A DNA stretch of 64,000 bases from Azolla caroliniana (lineage: Eukaryota; Plantae; Polypodiophyta), in assembly GCA_043228905.1 (NCBI GenBank), contig JBHGNT010000013.1, positions 1,302,001-1,366,000 on the forward strand. The letters run 5' to 3'. The notes beneath the pieces are model-generated. The model ran no database searches. It was not told the DNA's origin and was given only the letters and a program-made list of their open reading frames with translations. Positions 47,892 through 59,116 of the stretch are shown here, one piece after another. Positions within the stretch are counted from its first letter, which is position 1; every line of letters begins with the position of its first letter. A program made the translations under genes and the position numbers.

Positions 47892-50800
47892 ACCTGTACG
47901 ATAAAACCGAAGAAACCTTGTACCATAGGTAGGGAATTTTTGTTCTCCGGCAGCGGAGCGTGTACGATAGCCGGCATCGGCGGCCGAGAGAAGACAAAGG
48001 CGGAGGGGAGACTTCGAGCGTGCGGAGTTCTCGGCCCTGACGAGGAAATCAACGGAGCCGTGGAGGCGGTCTCATTCGACGACACCTTGGGAATGCTGGG
48101 AAAGGTAGTCGAAGAAGGCCTTAACGAAGACCGGACGATACCGGTGTGTTCCGAGGAGATGTACGAAGTCATCGCGGACTTCGGTCGAGGGCTCGAGTCG
48201 GTTCGGACGGCCCACGTAAGCACCAAGTACAAGACTGTGGACCGGAAGGTAAGGCCAGTCGCGGCACCCTTACCGGAGGACAGCGCGTCGAGAATCAAAG
48301 GGGTTGCATCGGACCCTAGTCTACGAGATCCGGCCTGCATAGGACACACCTTCACCGACGAGACGCTCCGAGAGCTCAAAATCGGTGGGGGCGGGTTCCT
48401 ACTGCCGGCGGAGGAAGACCGGTTTCGGAGAATGCTCGGAAGGCACGGGAAAGCCTTCGCATTCTCGCCGGAGGAAATCGGGTGCGTTGACCCGACGATC
48501 GTGGAGCCGATGGTGATATTCACGGTACCGCATGTACCATGGAATCTCAAGCCAATCCCGGTTCCGAGAGCTCACATCCCGAAGTTGATGGAGCTGCTGA
48601 GGCAGAAAGTTGATATGGGACTTCTCGAGCCGTCGAGCGCCCCATATTCGAATCGATGGTTTACCGTACCGAAGAAAAACGGTTCGTTGCGCTTCATCCA
48701 GGACCTGCAGCCGGTCATTCGAGTGACCATTCGGAACGCAGGGATCGGACCGACCATAGACGAGTTCGCGGAGGCCTTCGCCGGAAGGTCAATTTACTCG
48801 GTCGGGGATCTATACTCAGGGTACGACCAGTTCCAGCTAGCCGTGGAGAGCAGAGACATTACGACGATGCGAACTCCCCTCGGCCTAGTTCGGATGTGTA
48901 CATTGCCGCAAGGAGGGACCAACTCGGTGGCCCACATGGTGAATGCGATGAACAAGGTTCTGAGGGACTGTATCCCGGACATCACCATGCCGTTTCTGGA
49001 CGACATCCCGATCAAGGGATGCCCGGTGGAAGAAAAGGACGAGACGATCGGGCCGGACGGATGCCGGCGATTCGTGGCGGCGCACATCGACGACTGCGAG
49101 AAGGTGCTGCAAAGGCTAGAGGATGCGAGACTCACCTTCTCCGGGGAGAAGTCGGCCTTCGGGCAGTCAGAAATCATGGTGGTCGGACACCTGTGCGGAC
49201 CATATGGCCGGAAACCGTCTCCGGCAAAGGTAGAAGCCATCTCCGCGATGAAGCCCGACTGCAGCTCGGTCACGGAAGTACGGAGATTCCTGGGGGCATG
49301 CGCGTTCTACCACATATGGATCCCGCATTACGCACACGTCGCGGAGCCACTGTACGGGTTGCTGAAAAAGGGGCGAAGGTTCGAATGGCTAGACGAGCAC
49401 GCGGAATCGGTCCGGAAGCTGAAAGAGGCCCTTGCAGCGGCACCGGCACTCCGGAAGGCGGTATACGGGAAGGGTACCCCGGTATTCATAACGGTGGATA
49501 CCAGTCCGACCGGGATCGGATGGGTCGTGAACCAGGAAGACGAGGACGGCAATCAGTTTCCGATCCGATTCGGCGCGAAAGTCCTCAGTGAACGGCAGCA
49601 AGGATACGCCCAGGTTAAACGCGAACTCTGGGGTATTGTTTCGGCGGTTAAGGCCGACAAAGACTACCTGATAGGGACAGAAGTGATCATCGAGACGGAT
49701 TGCCTGCCGATTCTCGGTATGGTTTCCGGATGCGCGACTCCGGACCTGGCGATGCTCAGGTGGATAGCGTACATCAAGTCCCTGGACCCGGAAATACGAC
49801 ACATTTCCGGGAAAGACAACGCCATGGCCGACATGCTTTCGAGGGCGAGGTTCGACGACGAGGGCGGCATGGTTTCGGAAGACGAAGAAGTCGGCGTGGA
49901 TTTCTTCGAGGCGGCATACATAACGACCGACGGGATGAGCACTCCGGCGCTTAATGAGTTCGACGCGAGCAAGTACGACGGGGAGTGGCTGCAGATCGGC
50001 GGGTTTTTGAAGACAATGACGCCCGATGCGTCATGGACGAAGGACGAGGCCAACCGGATCCGGAAGAAAGCATATCGATTCTTTCTCCGAGATGGGCATT
50101 TGTGGAAGCACCCGAAGAAGAGGAACGGCGTCCCGCTCCGGGTGGTGGCGATGAAGGAAGAACAGGAGGAGCTACTGGCGGCCTACCACGACAGCCCTTG
50201 GGCTGGACACCGTGGAACGTGGGCGACATTTGAGAAGCTGAAGGGGAAGTACTGGTGGCCGGGATTGTACCAGGACGTGCATCGGTTCGTGACAACTTGC
50301 GAGAGCTGCCAGATGCACTCCATAGTCCGACATCGAGACGAGCTTCACCCTACGTACCCTCCGGCCATCCATTTCAAATGGATGGTAGATCTGGTGACGA
50401 TGCCGATGGGGGTAGGACAGATGCGGTATCTGGTCCTAGCGCGGGAAGACCTGACGAACCAGGTGGAAGGCCGAGCCCTTCAGAACAAGACGACCGCGGC
50501 CGTGTGTCGGTTCCTGATCGAGGACGTGATATGCCGGTACGGGTGCGTCGGGAAGATCGTGGCTGACCGAGGGGAGTTGGACGCCGAGGAAGCCGCGGAG
50601 CTGTTCGATCGGCTGGGAGTCAAACTCTCGCTCACCACTGCGTACAACCCGGAGGCGAATGGAAAGGTGGAGCGCGGACACGGGCCGATCGTTAAAGCGC
50701 TGGTTCGGGCATGCGGAGGCCAAGTCGGTAACTGGCCGCGACTTCTACCTTATGCTTTGTGGGCCGACCGGACTACGCACAGTTCGGTAACCGGGTACAT

Positions 50801-51323
50801 GCCGACAGAGCTCATGTTCGGCCAGGGGCCGATCATGCCGATGGAACGAACAATCTCCTCATGGGCAACGGTCGACTGGAGGGACGAGATGAGCCGGGAG
50901 GAGTTGTTGGCAGCGCGTATACGACAACTCAAACGGAGACCGGAGGACGTGGAGACGGCTGCAGAAAGGATCCGAGTGGCGAGGATAAAGAACAAAGCCA
51001 GGTTCGACCGAACGCACCGACTCCGACCGAAGAAGATCGAACAAGGTGACTGGGTGCTCGTCTACGACAGCAGCCTCGACAACCAGCACCGAGCAACGCG
51101 GAAGTTCGCACGGAGATGGTTCGGGCCGTACACGGTACAAAGCGCCAACGACAACGGGACGTATCATCTGGCGGAACTCGACGGTACGAGAATAGCGATA
51201 CCCGTGGCCGGGAAGAGGATCAAAGCTTTCAAGAAGCGGCACGACGACGAACCCGACCTGATTCTCCTGGACAGCAGCGACGGCCGATCCGAGGCCGAGG
51301 AAGGGCCGGCAGGCGAAGAGTAA
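47826..51323 (+). CDS. C Pol (RT-RNase H-integrase), open, in the -1 frame relative to gag
   Basis: Frame is open from the slippery site through the 1127-aa ORF. PFLDD, VDTSPTG, ETDC, GHRG...CESC, DRGE, PEANGKVERGH, WFGPY. No chromodomain. Confidence 0.93.
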   Translation, partial: GFLERAAKAWGRDSPDTPGKPHTCTIKPKKPCTIGREFLFSGSGACTIAGIGGREKTKAEGRLRACGVLGPDEEINGAVEAVSFDDTLGMLGKVVEEGLNEDRTIPVCSEEMYEVIADFGRGLESVRTAHVSTKYKTVDRKVRPVAAPLPEDSASRIKGVASDPSLRDPACIGHTFTDETLRELKIGGGGFLLPAEEDRFRRMLGRHGKAFAFSPEEIGCVDPTIVEPMVIFTVPHVPWNLKPIPVPRAHIPKLMELLRQKVDMGLLEPSSAPYSNRWFTVPKKNGSLRFIQDLQPVIRVTIRNAGIGPTIDEFAEAFAGRSIYSVGDLYSGYDQFQLAVESRDITTMRTPLGLVRMCTLPQGGTNSVAHMVNAMNKVLRDCIPDITMPFLDDIPIKGCPVEEKDETIGPDGCRRFVAAHIDDCEKVLQRLEDARLTFSGEKSAFGQSEIMVVGHLCGPYGRKPSPAKVEAISAMKPDCSSVTEVRRFLGACAFYHIWIPHYAHVAEPLYGLLKKGRRFEWLDEHAESVRKLKEALAAAPALRKAVYGKGTPVFITVDTSPTGIGWVVNQEDEDGNQFPIRFGAKVLSERQQGYAQVKRELWGIVSAVKADKDYLIGTEVIIETDCLPILGMVSGCATPDLAMLRWIAYIKSLDPEIRHISGKDNAMADMLSRARFDDEGGMVSEDEEVGVDFFEAAYITTDGMSTPALNEFDASKYDGEWLQIGGFLKTMTPDASWTKDEANRIRKKAYRFFLRDGHLWKHPKKRNGVPLRVVAMKEEQEELLAAYHDSPWAGHRGTWATFEKLKGKYWWPGLYQDVHRFVTTCESCQMHSIVRHRDELHPTYPPAIHFKWMVDLVTMPMGVGQMRYLVLAREDLTNQVEGRALQNKTTAAVCRFLIEDVICRYGCVGKIVADRGELDAEEAAELFDRLGVKLSLTTAYNPEANGKVERGHGPIVKALVRACGGQVGNWPRLLPYALWADRTTHSSVTGYMPTELMFGQGPIMPMERTISSWATVDWRDEMSREELLAARIRQLKRRPEDVETAAERIRVARIKNKARFDRTHRLRPKKIEQGDWVLVYDSSLDNQHRATRKFARRWFGPYTVQSANDNGTYHLAELDGTRIAIPVAGKRIKAFKKRHDDEPDLILLDSSDGRSEAEEGPAGEE

Positions 51324-51395
51324 AGGCGGGCCGGTTTTCTCCGTGCCAACTTAATTTGGCGCATGCCGGTGGATGCGCGGTTAGGTGGGGGCGGA

Positions 51396-52089
51396 TGTCG
51401 TGAAGAAAACCGCCCACAAGAGGAATCGGAGGAACAAGGCGTGGGAAACGGCTCTACACACACACGCGCGCCAAGAAGTACCTAAGGTCGAAGTAGGTAC
51501 ATACGAGGATCCTAGGTGGGTAGATTCGGTTGGTATGCAGTTAATGCCAAACGGCCTCTTGACGGGCTATAAAAGGAGGAGGAAGACTAGAAGTGTGGTA
51601 TTCGCGCGGAGAGGACGAAGTGCTGCCGAACCGATTTCGGAGCTTCTCTCTCACTCCTGCCTTCTCTGTCTTCTGCTCCATCGCGTACCTGTGCAGGTTT
51701 CGAGGAGGCTTGCGCTGTTCCGTGGAACGCCCCGAGCGCGTCCTGCAACACCTCCGACCTGTTTTCCCTTTCTGTGCGTCGCGACATACAGGGGTCGGCA
51801 TCTGTTCGCCGCCCTGTTCGTTTTCGTTAGTATCTATTTCGTGCCCCACCGTGGGTTGTAATACTTTAGTCTGTTATTTTCTTGCATTCATAAGTACATA
51901 TCTTTCGTTGTTGCGTCCATCTGCGTCGGCGTTTATTTGTGATCTCTGTTTGTTGGGCCGTGTCCCTATGCAATCTTCGGTTCTGTGTAATCGGGTCTCT
52001 CTCTCTTACTCCTCTCTCTCTTGCTCTTCGGTCCAAGACCCCCGTGGTCCCTCCTCCTTTCTGCACGCAAGGGCGTAGCAAACCCCACA
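51396..52089 (+). repeat. 3' LTR of C
   Basis: Repeat of 44971-45665. Confidence 0.96.
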
Positions 52090-53954
52090 GCGTATTGGCT
52101 TGTACTTTATCGAACACATTGGCATAATGACGATACTTCTCTAGAAGTTGAACGGTGGACTCCTCTTTAGTGGTGTTGGAGGGTTTTACTGATACTGCGA
52201 AGAGAAACATTTCTTCCTTGCGTCCTTCCTCATGCAACTGATGTAGCAAAATGGTTGCAATCTTATGAGTAGATCCTTGGGTTTGTCGATACCATATTTT
52301 TCTTATTCTCCAATCTATGTCGGGGTTATGTAATTCGAACCATGGTAATCCCAAAACAATGGGATGTTCTGGGATACTAATTATATTAATTGATACGACA
52401 CACACTAAATTATCTAGGACAATATTAATGGACTCTGACTCTTCTATGGTATTGCCGGAAGCAATGGGACGACTATCAATGACTACTACAGAGGCTGGAC
52501 ACGAGAGTTTTCTTAGGGATATCTCATGAGCTTGGGCAAAATTCATGAAGCAAGAATTAGCTCCAGAATCGAGGAGTGCTGAGACATGTACTAAAGAGGT
52601 ACATTCAGTACTAACTATTACTTGGGCTAAGAACACATTGCTAACTTTCTTAGAGGGAATGGAACCACTAATGGGCTGCACAGATCTAAGGTTGTCCAAC
52701 CAAACGGCTCCTATTTTGGCTAGACTTAGTTGTTTAACTCTTCTTCTAACTAACTAAGGACATCAATTTTGTTCGATATATTTGGGCTAGTAGTATTATT
52801 GAGACTATCAGATATTCCTACTGAAATAGACTCGGGTTTAGTACAATTAGAACTAGCAACTATTTGGTTTACCTGTCTTCTTGCCCTATGGGGACAGTTC
52901 ACTGCAATATGCCTTGGTCCACTGCAATAAAGACATAATCGATTTGCTTGACATCACTACTTTTTTTCTTCCGATAATGGTCCGTGACGACATATAGTTT
53001 CAATTTCCATCGGAGTTGGAGTATTCACTGGAGACACATTATATGACTCCCTTGGAAAAGGTTTTGCTACCATTGAGGCATAGGTGGGCTCTGATCTTGC
53101 CCTTGGCATCTGGAACTGATATTCAGAATGTTGTTTGAAAAGACGGTTATTGCATCTCACCGCACGACTGATTGCTTCTGTCAATGAGTTTGGTTCTTTC
53201 GGGAAGTTCAAGAGTAAATCCTTGACATCGTTACGTAAACCAGAACGAAATTGCTCCATTTGTGCTTGGTCATCCCAGGGATATCGGAAGCGGGTAGGCG
53301 GAAATCTGCAGCGTATGCGGAGGATGGATGATCACCTTGACATAATCGTCGGGTTTTGTTGGTTGTTGTCCTTATGTTGTCAATATCTCCAAAACATGCT
53401 TTAAACTCACTTAAAAACTCTTCAACATTGTTTAGTAAAGGAGATTCCTTGTGTAACAACTTAGTGAACCATGCCAAAGTTGAGCCACTTAACAACGTGC
53501 CTACTAAACCCACTTGTGATGCATCGGTGGGATATCGGGAAGGATGCATTTGAATGACTAATCGTACTTGATTAAGGAATCCTCTAAACTGCGATCGTGT
53601 TCCATCAAATTTTATCGAAAGGCTGATCTTGGGTTCTTTATGAATCCCTTGCGTACTGGGTCCTTGTTGTTGCATCTCTACTATGGTTGCTTCGAGTTGT
53701 TGCATGCGTAATGCTAGTTCCCTATGTTGTTGTTGCGTCTGCTGCTTTTCTAAGGAGATTTGTTGAAGATTCCCCAACTGTTGATTTTCTTGTTCCAAAG
53801 TAAGGAACTTCTCTTTCCAACATTGCAGCTCCGAGAAAACGGATTGATATTTTTGAGCACTAACAGTGGGCATAGGATGACTGGAAATAGGAATAAGATA
53901 TTAGTATGAAGGGAGGGAAATGTAAGAAAATAAAAGGAAGATGAGGAAAGAGGT

Positions 53955-53970
53955 GAACAAATCAGTTCAA
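53955..53970 (-). promoter_or_regulatory. Self-priming-type PBS of D
   Basis: TTGAACTGATTTGTTC has no TGG and is complementary to LTR segment 54087-54103. Confidence 0.75.
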
Positions 53971-53972
53971 AC

Positions 53973-54314
53973 TATTATGAATAGTATTAAGAGATGAATA
54001 TTAGTACTAAGAGGAAAAGAGGGTGTAGAACACTCGAGAGAAGGAGAGAGAGAGAATGATGATGACTAGGAGGCTTAAGATTGGTGTTGAACCGATTTGG
54101 TTCGAAATAATGCCTTGTGCCTCCTTTTATAGTGTTCTCAAGAGTACTCCTGAAGTTTCTAGAATGTTCAGGAAAAATCTGGAATATACACCAATTTTCT
54201 ATAGTATAACTTAAATGAAAATGATATTTTTTGTATTATAACATATAGTCTAATGGTCAAGAACTCGACCCATATACAAAAGGTTATGGGTTCGAGTCTT
54301 GCCATATCATGACA
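53973..54314 (-). repeat. 5' LTR of D
   Basis: Repeat of 34737-35148; TATAAAA at 54125-54131. Confidence 0.9.
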
Positions 54315-54335
54315 CTTACAATCCCACGGATAACA

Positions 54336-55597
54336 AGATGAGTCAGATGTTCTTTTCTATAAAGATGTGTGTACATGCCTTGCTCCATGGTCAGGATGAC
54401 CAAGACCAAATTCTTCGTTATTGTTGGAACATGCAAGAACTTCTTGATGTAGTTGTTGTTGCCCTTGCCAAGAGAAACATTTCCGATATGCCGAATGGTG
54501 TGTGTGGTGTTGTCTCCCGTCTCCATGTAACCGGGTCGATTGGGCGTATGCAAGTCATTGAACCACTATGCGTGGGATGTCATGTGATTTGAGCCTCCTG
54601 AGTCAACGAACCATACTTCTTCTGATGTAGATGTTCTTGCCGATTTGGATGCCGACATGGTGTTCTCTTTGTGTCTCATGAAAAACATGCCTCCATAGTC
54701 TTGAAAGTCTTCAAATTCAGAGTTGGTGATGCAGTTGGTTAGTTGCTGACATGTGGAAATCGACTCACTTCTTTTCTTTCATCACTCCTCTTCACGGTGG
54801 CCGATGTTATGGGCCTGATTTTCCGACCATGTTCGGCATGAAAGCTCCCCCTTCAAGATTCTGAAAGTTCCTCGAGTATTTCCGTTTGCTTGCCAAAGGG
54901 CCAAGTTACTTTCGTCATTCCAGTTGACTCGTCCTCATCTGCCTTGGCCGAGATGGCCTCTTCCGGCTTGACCACCTTTGGAGAGTGAGAAGAAGATTTT
55001 TCCTTCCGACATCTTGCTCTTTGTTCTAACATGATTCTCTTCTACCAATAACATGGATGGAAGGTCGAAGAATGAAGGAGGGTTCTCCCTCGCTAAGATT
55101 GTTGTCCTTATTGGGTCGAACCGTTGTGCAAGGCCACCCAAGCACACTTGCACCATCTCGTCCTCTTCAATGTTTATGTTGATGGAGCTAATTGAATTGC
55201 AAATTCTCTTGATCTTGCATGTATAGTCCAACATGGACATGTCTTTTTGTTGAATGTTGTTCAATTCTTGCTGTAGTTAAAGCTTGTGGGCGGTCGTGTT
55301 AGCAACAAAAATTCTTCTCAAATTTAGCCACGCTTCTTTACGCGTCTTGGCGTCTCGAACTTGATAGAGCATGTGATCGTGGACATATATTGCCAGACAG
55401 TACATCACCCGACTTGCCCCTTGCTCCCATGTTGGGTATTTCGTATTTGTGATGTCGGTTTTGTTTTCGAGGGTGTCGTCGATGTTGCTCTAATACCCTT
55501 GGACAACTAGGTATTGGTTCATCTTGTACTCCCAAGATAAAAAATTGCTCTGATCTAGCTTTTCCCTAGGAAGTGAGCTACCCATTTGTGTGTTCAT
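54336..55597 (-). pseudogene. Copia-4 gag-protease fragment (same family as Copia-3)
   Basis: MNTQM...KLDQSN, EDEMVQVCLGGL, ETGDNTTH, LHVPTITKNLV all match Copia-3. Confidence 0.88.
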
Positions 55598-55685
55598 GTT
55601 AATGTAGTGTCTTCCTCGTTATTTTTTTTCTTCGGTCACGAACACGATGTTTACTCTAGGCTAGACTTAGCCTCAAAACATAGAG

Positions 55686-56167
55686 TGTCCGTTCCGGAAC
55701 ACTTCACCAAAGGGGTGGTTAAGGGATGAATGTTATCCAGCTATCCGATTCCGATCCGACTAACTCTAGTTACTTACGGATTGTTAAGACAACAGATTAG
55801 CTATAATATGTGTAAGATTAGCATTTGAAGCGCAGAACAAGTACACAGAGAGACAATAGAATTAAAATAGAACACTAATCTCATATTACTTCTGTTAAAC
55901 TAATTCTGAACCCTTTTATAGGCATCAGGTAGGTAATACAAAATGGTGGCTTACCGTTTACCAACACTATTAATCGATGCGGATCCAGATCAATACAACT
56001 ATCTAGATCTGTCCGTTCCAATAATGTTTCCTAACTAATACTTATGCTTCGAATTATAGTATTATTCTCTGACTCGTCCTTGTACAAATTAACCCTCCGG
56101 ATCATACTCTAGGCCAACAGATGGCACATCCGTGGGATAGTGCATTGCACGTCGAACCCACGGGTCA
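55686..56167 (-). repeat. 3' LTR of E
   Basis: TGACCCGT...ACGGACA after the PPT; TATAAAA near 55914-55920. Partner LTR not in window. Confidence 0.65.
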
Positions 56168-56183
56168 ACTCCCTCAATCCTCG

Positions 56184-59116
56184 TCAAGTATGTGCAGGAT
56201 ACTTTGATCCAATGGCTCGAGTGGTTCTTCCATCTGCTGCTGCTACTCCTCTGACTGTTGTTGTTGTTGCTCCACTTTGCTCATTTTCAGCCTTTTCCAG
56301 CCGTTGATCCGGTTGAACCTCATGTTGTGGTTGTGGCTCCTTATCACTAATGTTAATGGCCTCCACTTGGCTTTTCACTTCCTTCCGCCGGTGCTCCCAC
56401 ACATACCTCTCTAACTGCAGTTGTGTGTCGAGTTGATCATCTTGAAGCCTTTCGATGAGGTTCTGAACAACCTTAATTTATGTTTCGGCCAAGGCATAAA
56501 AGTCATCCAAAAATTCTTCCCGAATGGTAACAATGATTTCTTCATCCATTTTGTAAGAATAACCGTCGGCCTTCTTTCGGTTCTCCACATCCGCCCGGAG
56601 TATCTGGAGTTCTACCGATTGTCACGACCATTGATTCCACATTGTTGCCGAACAATCGTCTATCTTTGTCTTTGTCCGGCCCCTCCATGCCGCGACGATC
56701 ATCTGGATTCTATTGATGCCCAGTTTTGTTTTGATGAGGTCGACAATAGCGGTTATTGCCACTTCATACACCCTCAACTTGGTTTGGTAGGTTGTTTGCA
56801 CCCTATCAAAAACCACCTTCGAACGTTCCATCTCTGGGTAGTTCTGCGATGTGACCTCCATCCTTTCTTTCGCTGCTTCCTCCATTACCTTCGTCGTCAT
56901 CTCAACCATCATCTTCCCTTGATCCGTCAACGACTTTGTTTTTTCCTTTAACTCTTTCCGAGCCTCCTTTAGCTTTTCTTGTTGCCAGTCATAATCAAAC
57001 CCCTATTTCTTATGTTCCACCTCTAACTGCTTATGGTCCTGGTACAACTTGAACTCGAAGTCCTCCGTTTTCCGTTTTAGGCATTGGTTGACCTGTGACC
57101 ACAACCGACCAGCTCGATCCTTCTACTGTCGGATTTCTTCCCTGAGCCTTTCTATTTTTGTCGTCACCATTCTCCGTAGCTTATCCTTCTCTTGCAACAA
57201 GTTCTCTCTTTCCTACTTCAGCCGGTCATTGTTTGCTTGACTCTTCTAGAGATTTTCTTCGGTTCTCCATTTCTCTTCCTCTGTTGTCTTCCTATGATCT
57301 CTCTCTCTCTCTCTCTCTCTTAGTGCTTCTTGAGTGGCCAACTCCTCCTTTAACGTTTATAGTTCTTTCTCCCGCTCACATTCTTTTTCCGAGGAGGTGC
57401 TAGCCACTGGTTCTACTTCCTTTTCTGGGGAGCTTTCTTCCGTAGATTATCCAGTTTCGTTTTGGAGCTTGTGCTTTGGCCCATATTTGACATGAGCACC
57501 GCAAACTCCTTGGCCATTCCCATCTCGTCCCCCAGACCCCAGATCCCCTTCCAGGCCTTATCCAATTCTTCGGTTGTTGCCAGAAATCATTTTGTTTGTT
57601 TCCATTCCAGCCGTTGCTCTTCTTCGATCCAGTTAGCCACACCGGAAACCAACTTTCTGAGCCACTCTAGCCATTGTCGGCAGGTTCCGTGTTGTGCAAG
57701 GATAGGGAACTGTTGCACTAGCTCCATCATTTGTTCTTGCTTCACCCCGATCCTCAGTGTAACTAGCTCCTCTAGTTCTAGTGTTCGTGCCGGTTGGCGC
57801 TCTGCTTGTTGTTGCGTTTGAAGACCTGGTGAGATTTGTCTTTCTTTCTCCGGTTCTTGCTGAACCGTCTTCACCGCTTCCAGTCTTTACGCTGGTTCTT
57901 CCTCCGGTCGAGGCTCCACCACCGTTGAGTGGGGAATCAATACACTTTCCTTCCTCGGACCCGATCCTTCCCCATGCTGCTCAGTTCCGTGTCTCCTCGG
58001 CCGACGCTGGAGGGTTTCTTCTGCATTGGCTCCGTCATCTATTCTTGCTCCACCCTAATCCTCAGTGTAACCAACTCCTCTAGTTCCGGTGTTCATTCCA
58101 GTTGGCATTCTGCTTGTTGTTGCGTCTGAAGACCCGACAAGATCTGTCTTTCTTTCTCCGGTTCTTGCTGAACCGTCTTCACCACTTCAAGTCTTTCCCC
58201 TAGTTCTTCCTCTGGTCTGGGCTCCACCACCGTTGAGCGGGGAATCGGTACACTGTCCTTCCCCGGACCCGATCCTTCCCCATGCTGCTCAGTTTCGTGT
58301 CTCCTCGGCCAACATTAGAGGGTTTCTTTGTCTTCCTCCTCCTCTTGCACGGTTTTGTGGTGTGCCTGTCTCATTGGTTCTACTTGCTCTCTTTCCTGCC
58401 GGTGTAGCTTGATCTTAATTGGCTTTGCCGTCTTCTTCGGAACTTTGTCCACCGCCTCTTGTCTCTATGTATTTGGAACACGTTCTTCTTGTCGAGACGA
58501 TTCCCTTGCTTTCCATTCCAGGGTGTGTTTTGCGAGGAGTTGCTGCCGTTCTGATGGTTTATTTGGTGTGGTCTCTGGTGGGACCTGTTTCTTCGGTTTG
58601 ATGGCGCTCATCGGTGATAGCAGCACCGTTAGCCACCATGTTATTCCGACCCAACCTTTCTTGTCTTCCATCATAACCGCAATCATTGTCCATAAAAAGT
58701 CGGCCACTATTACCGGCCCCAAAATAATCGGATGACCTCCTGCACTATTCCTTCGGAGAGTTCTTTGAGGTCAATAGTCGCTACAACCTTCTCCGTTTTT
58801 TCATGTAGTGGTGCCTCAGCTACCCAGATGAACTCTCCGGATGAAGCCTTCGAGGCCGTTCTTGATCAACCAATCCTGTGTTGCGTTCGAGAGTGCCATG
58901 GGTTCGGTTTATTCTTCATCAAGCTTGCTTTTGCGGTTGAGCGCCTGTGCTTTGTTGAGTGCTTGTGTTTTTCTGCAAGCTTGTGCGTTCAGGGCTCATA
59001 AGATCTTTTTTTCGTGAAATGAGACTCCCACGTGTGTTTGGAAATTTTGTACCCCCATCGTTCATAGCCGCCTCTTCTTGATTCCCACGCATGCACATCG
59101 TGTACCATAATAACAT
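56184..59116 (-). pseudogene. Extra sense ORF in the env position of E, decayed
   Basis: Chain of minus-strand fragments (58919-59116, 58465-58722, 57587-57874, 56622-56930, 56184-56402), E/Q/K-rich, ending at the PPT. Confidence 0.6.
57721..58328. repeat. 308-bp tandem duplication
   Basis: 57721-58020 aligns to 58029-58328 at a constant offset. Confidence 0.9.

Larger units (their letters stand above)
44971..52089 (+). mobile_element. GC-rich non-chromodomain Gypsy C (tRNA-Trp primed), young
   Basis: LTRs 44971-45665 and 51396-52089 (3 differences seen). 4-bp TSD GCGT. PBS at 45669-45686. PPT at 51383-51395. Confidence 0.97.
44593..53873 (-). pseudogene. D copy-b gag/PR/RT N-terminus (44593-44970 plus 52094-53873; interrupted by C)
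   Basis: Gag ATG at 53873, KFDGTRSQFRGF, protease LLDSGANSCF, RT KINLRGAYN. Colinear with copy-a. Confidence 0.9.
34737..54314 (-). mobile_element. Tcn1-like chromoviral Gypsy composite D
   Basis: LTRs 34737-35148 and 53973-54314. Perfect TSD CTTAC at 34732-34736 and 54315-54319. PPT at 35149-35160. Confidence 0.9.

Noticed and set aside
46218-51242. Many long antisense and alternate-frame ORFs over C (and B)
   Set aside because: Expected from high GC content and codon bias; no motifs.
51866-52699. 277-aa ORF
   Set aside because: D protease reading into the antisense strand of the C LTR across the insertion junction.
55652-56114. 10-bp direct repeat TACTCTAGGC as a Mutator-like TSD
   Set aside because: No terminal inverted repeats, and PPT plus TG...CA ends define an LTR at 55686-56167 that overlaps the second copy.
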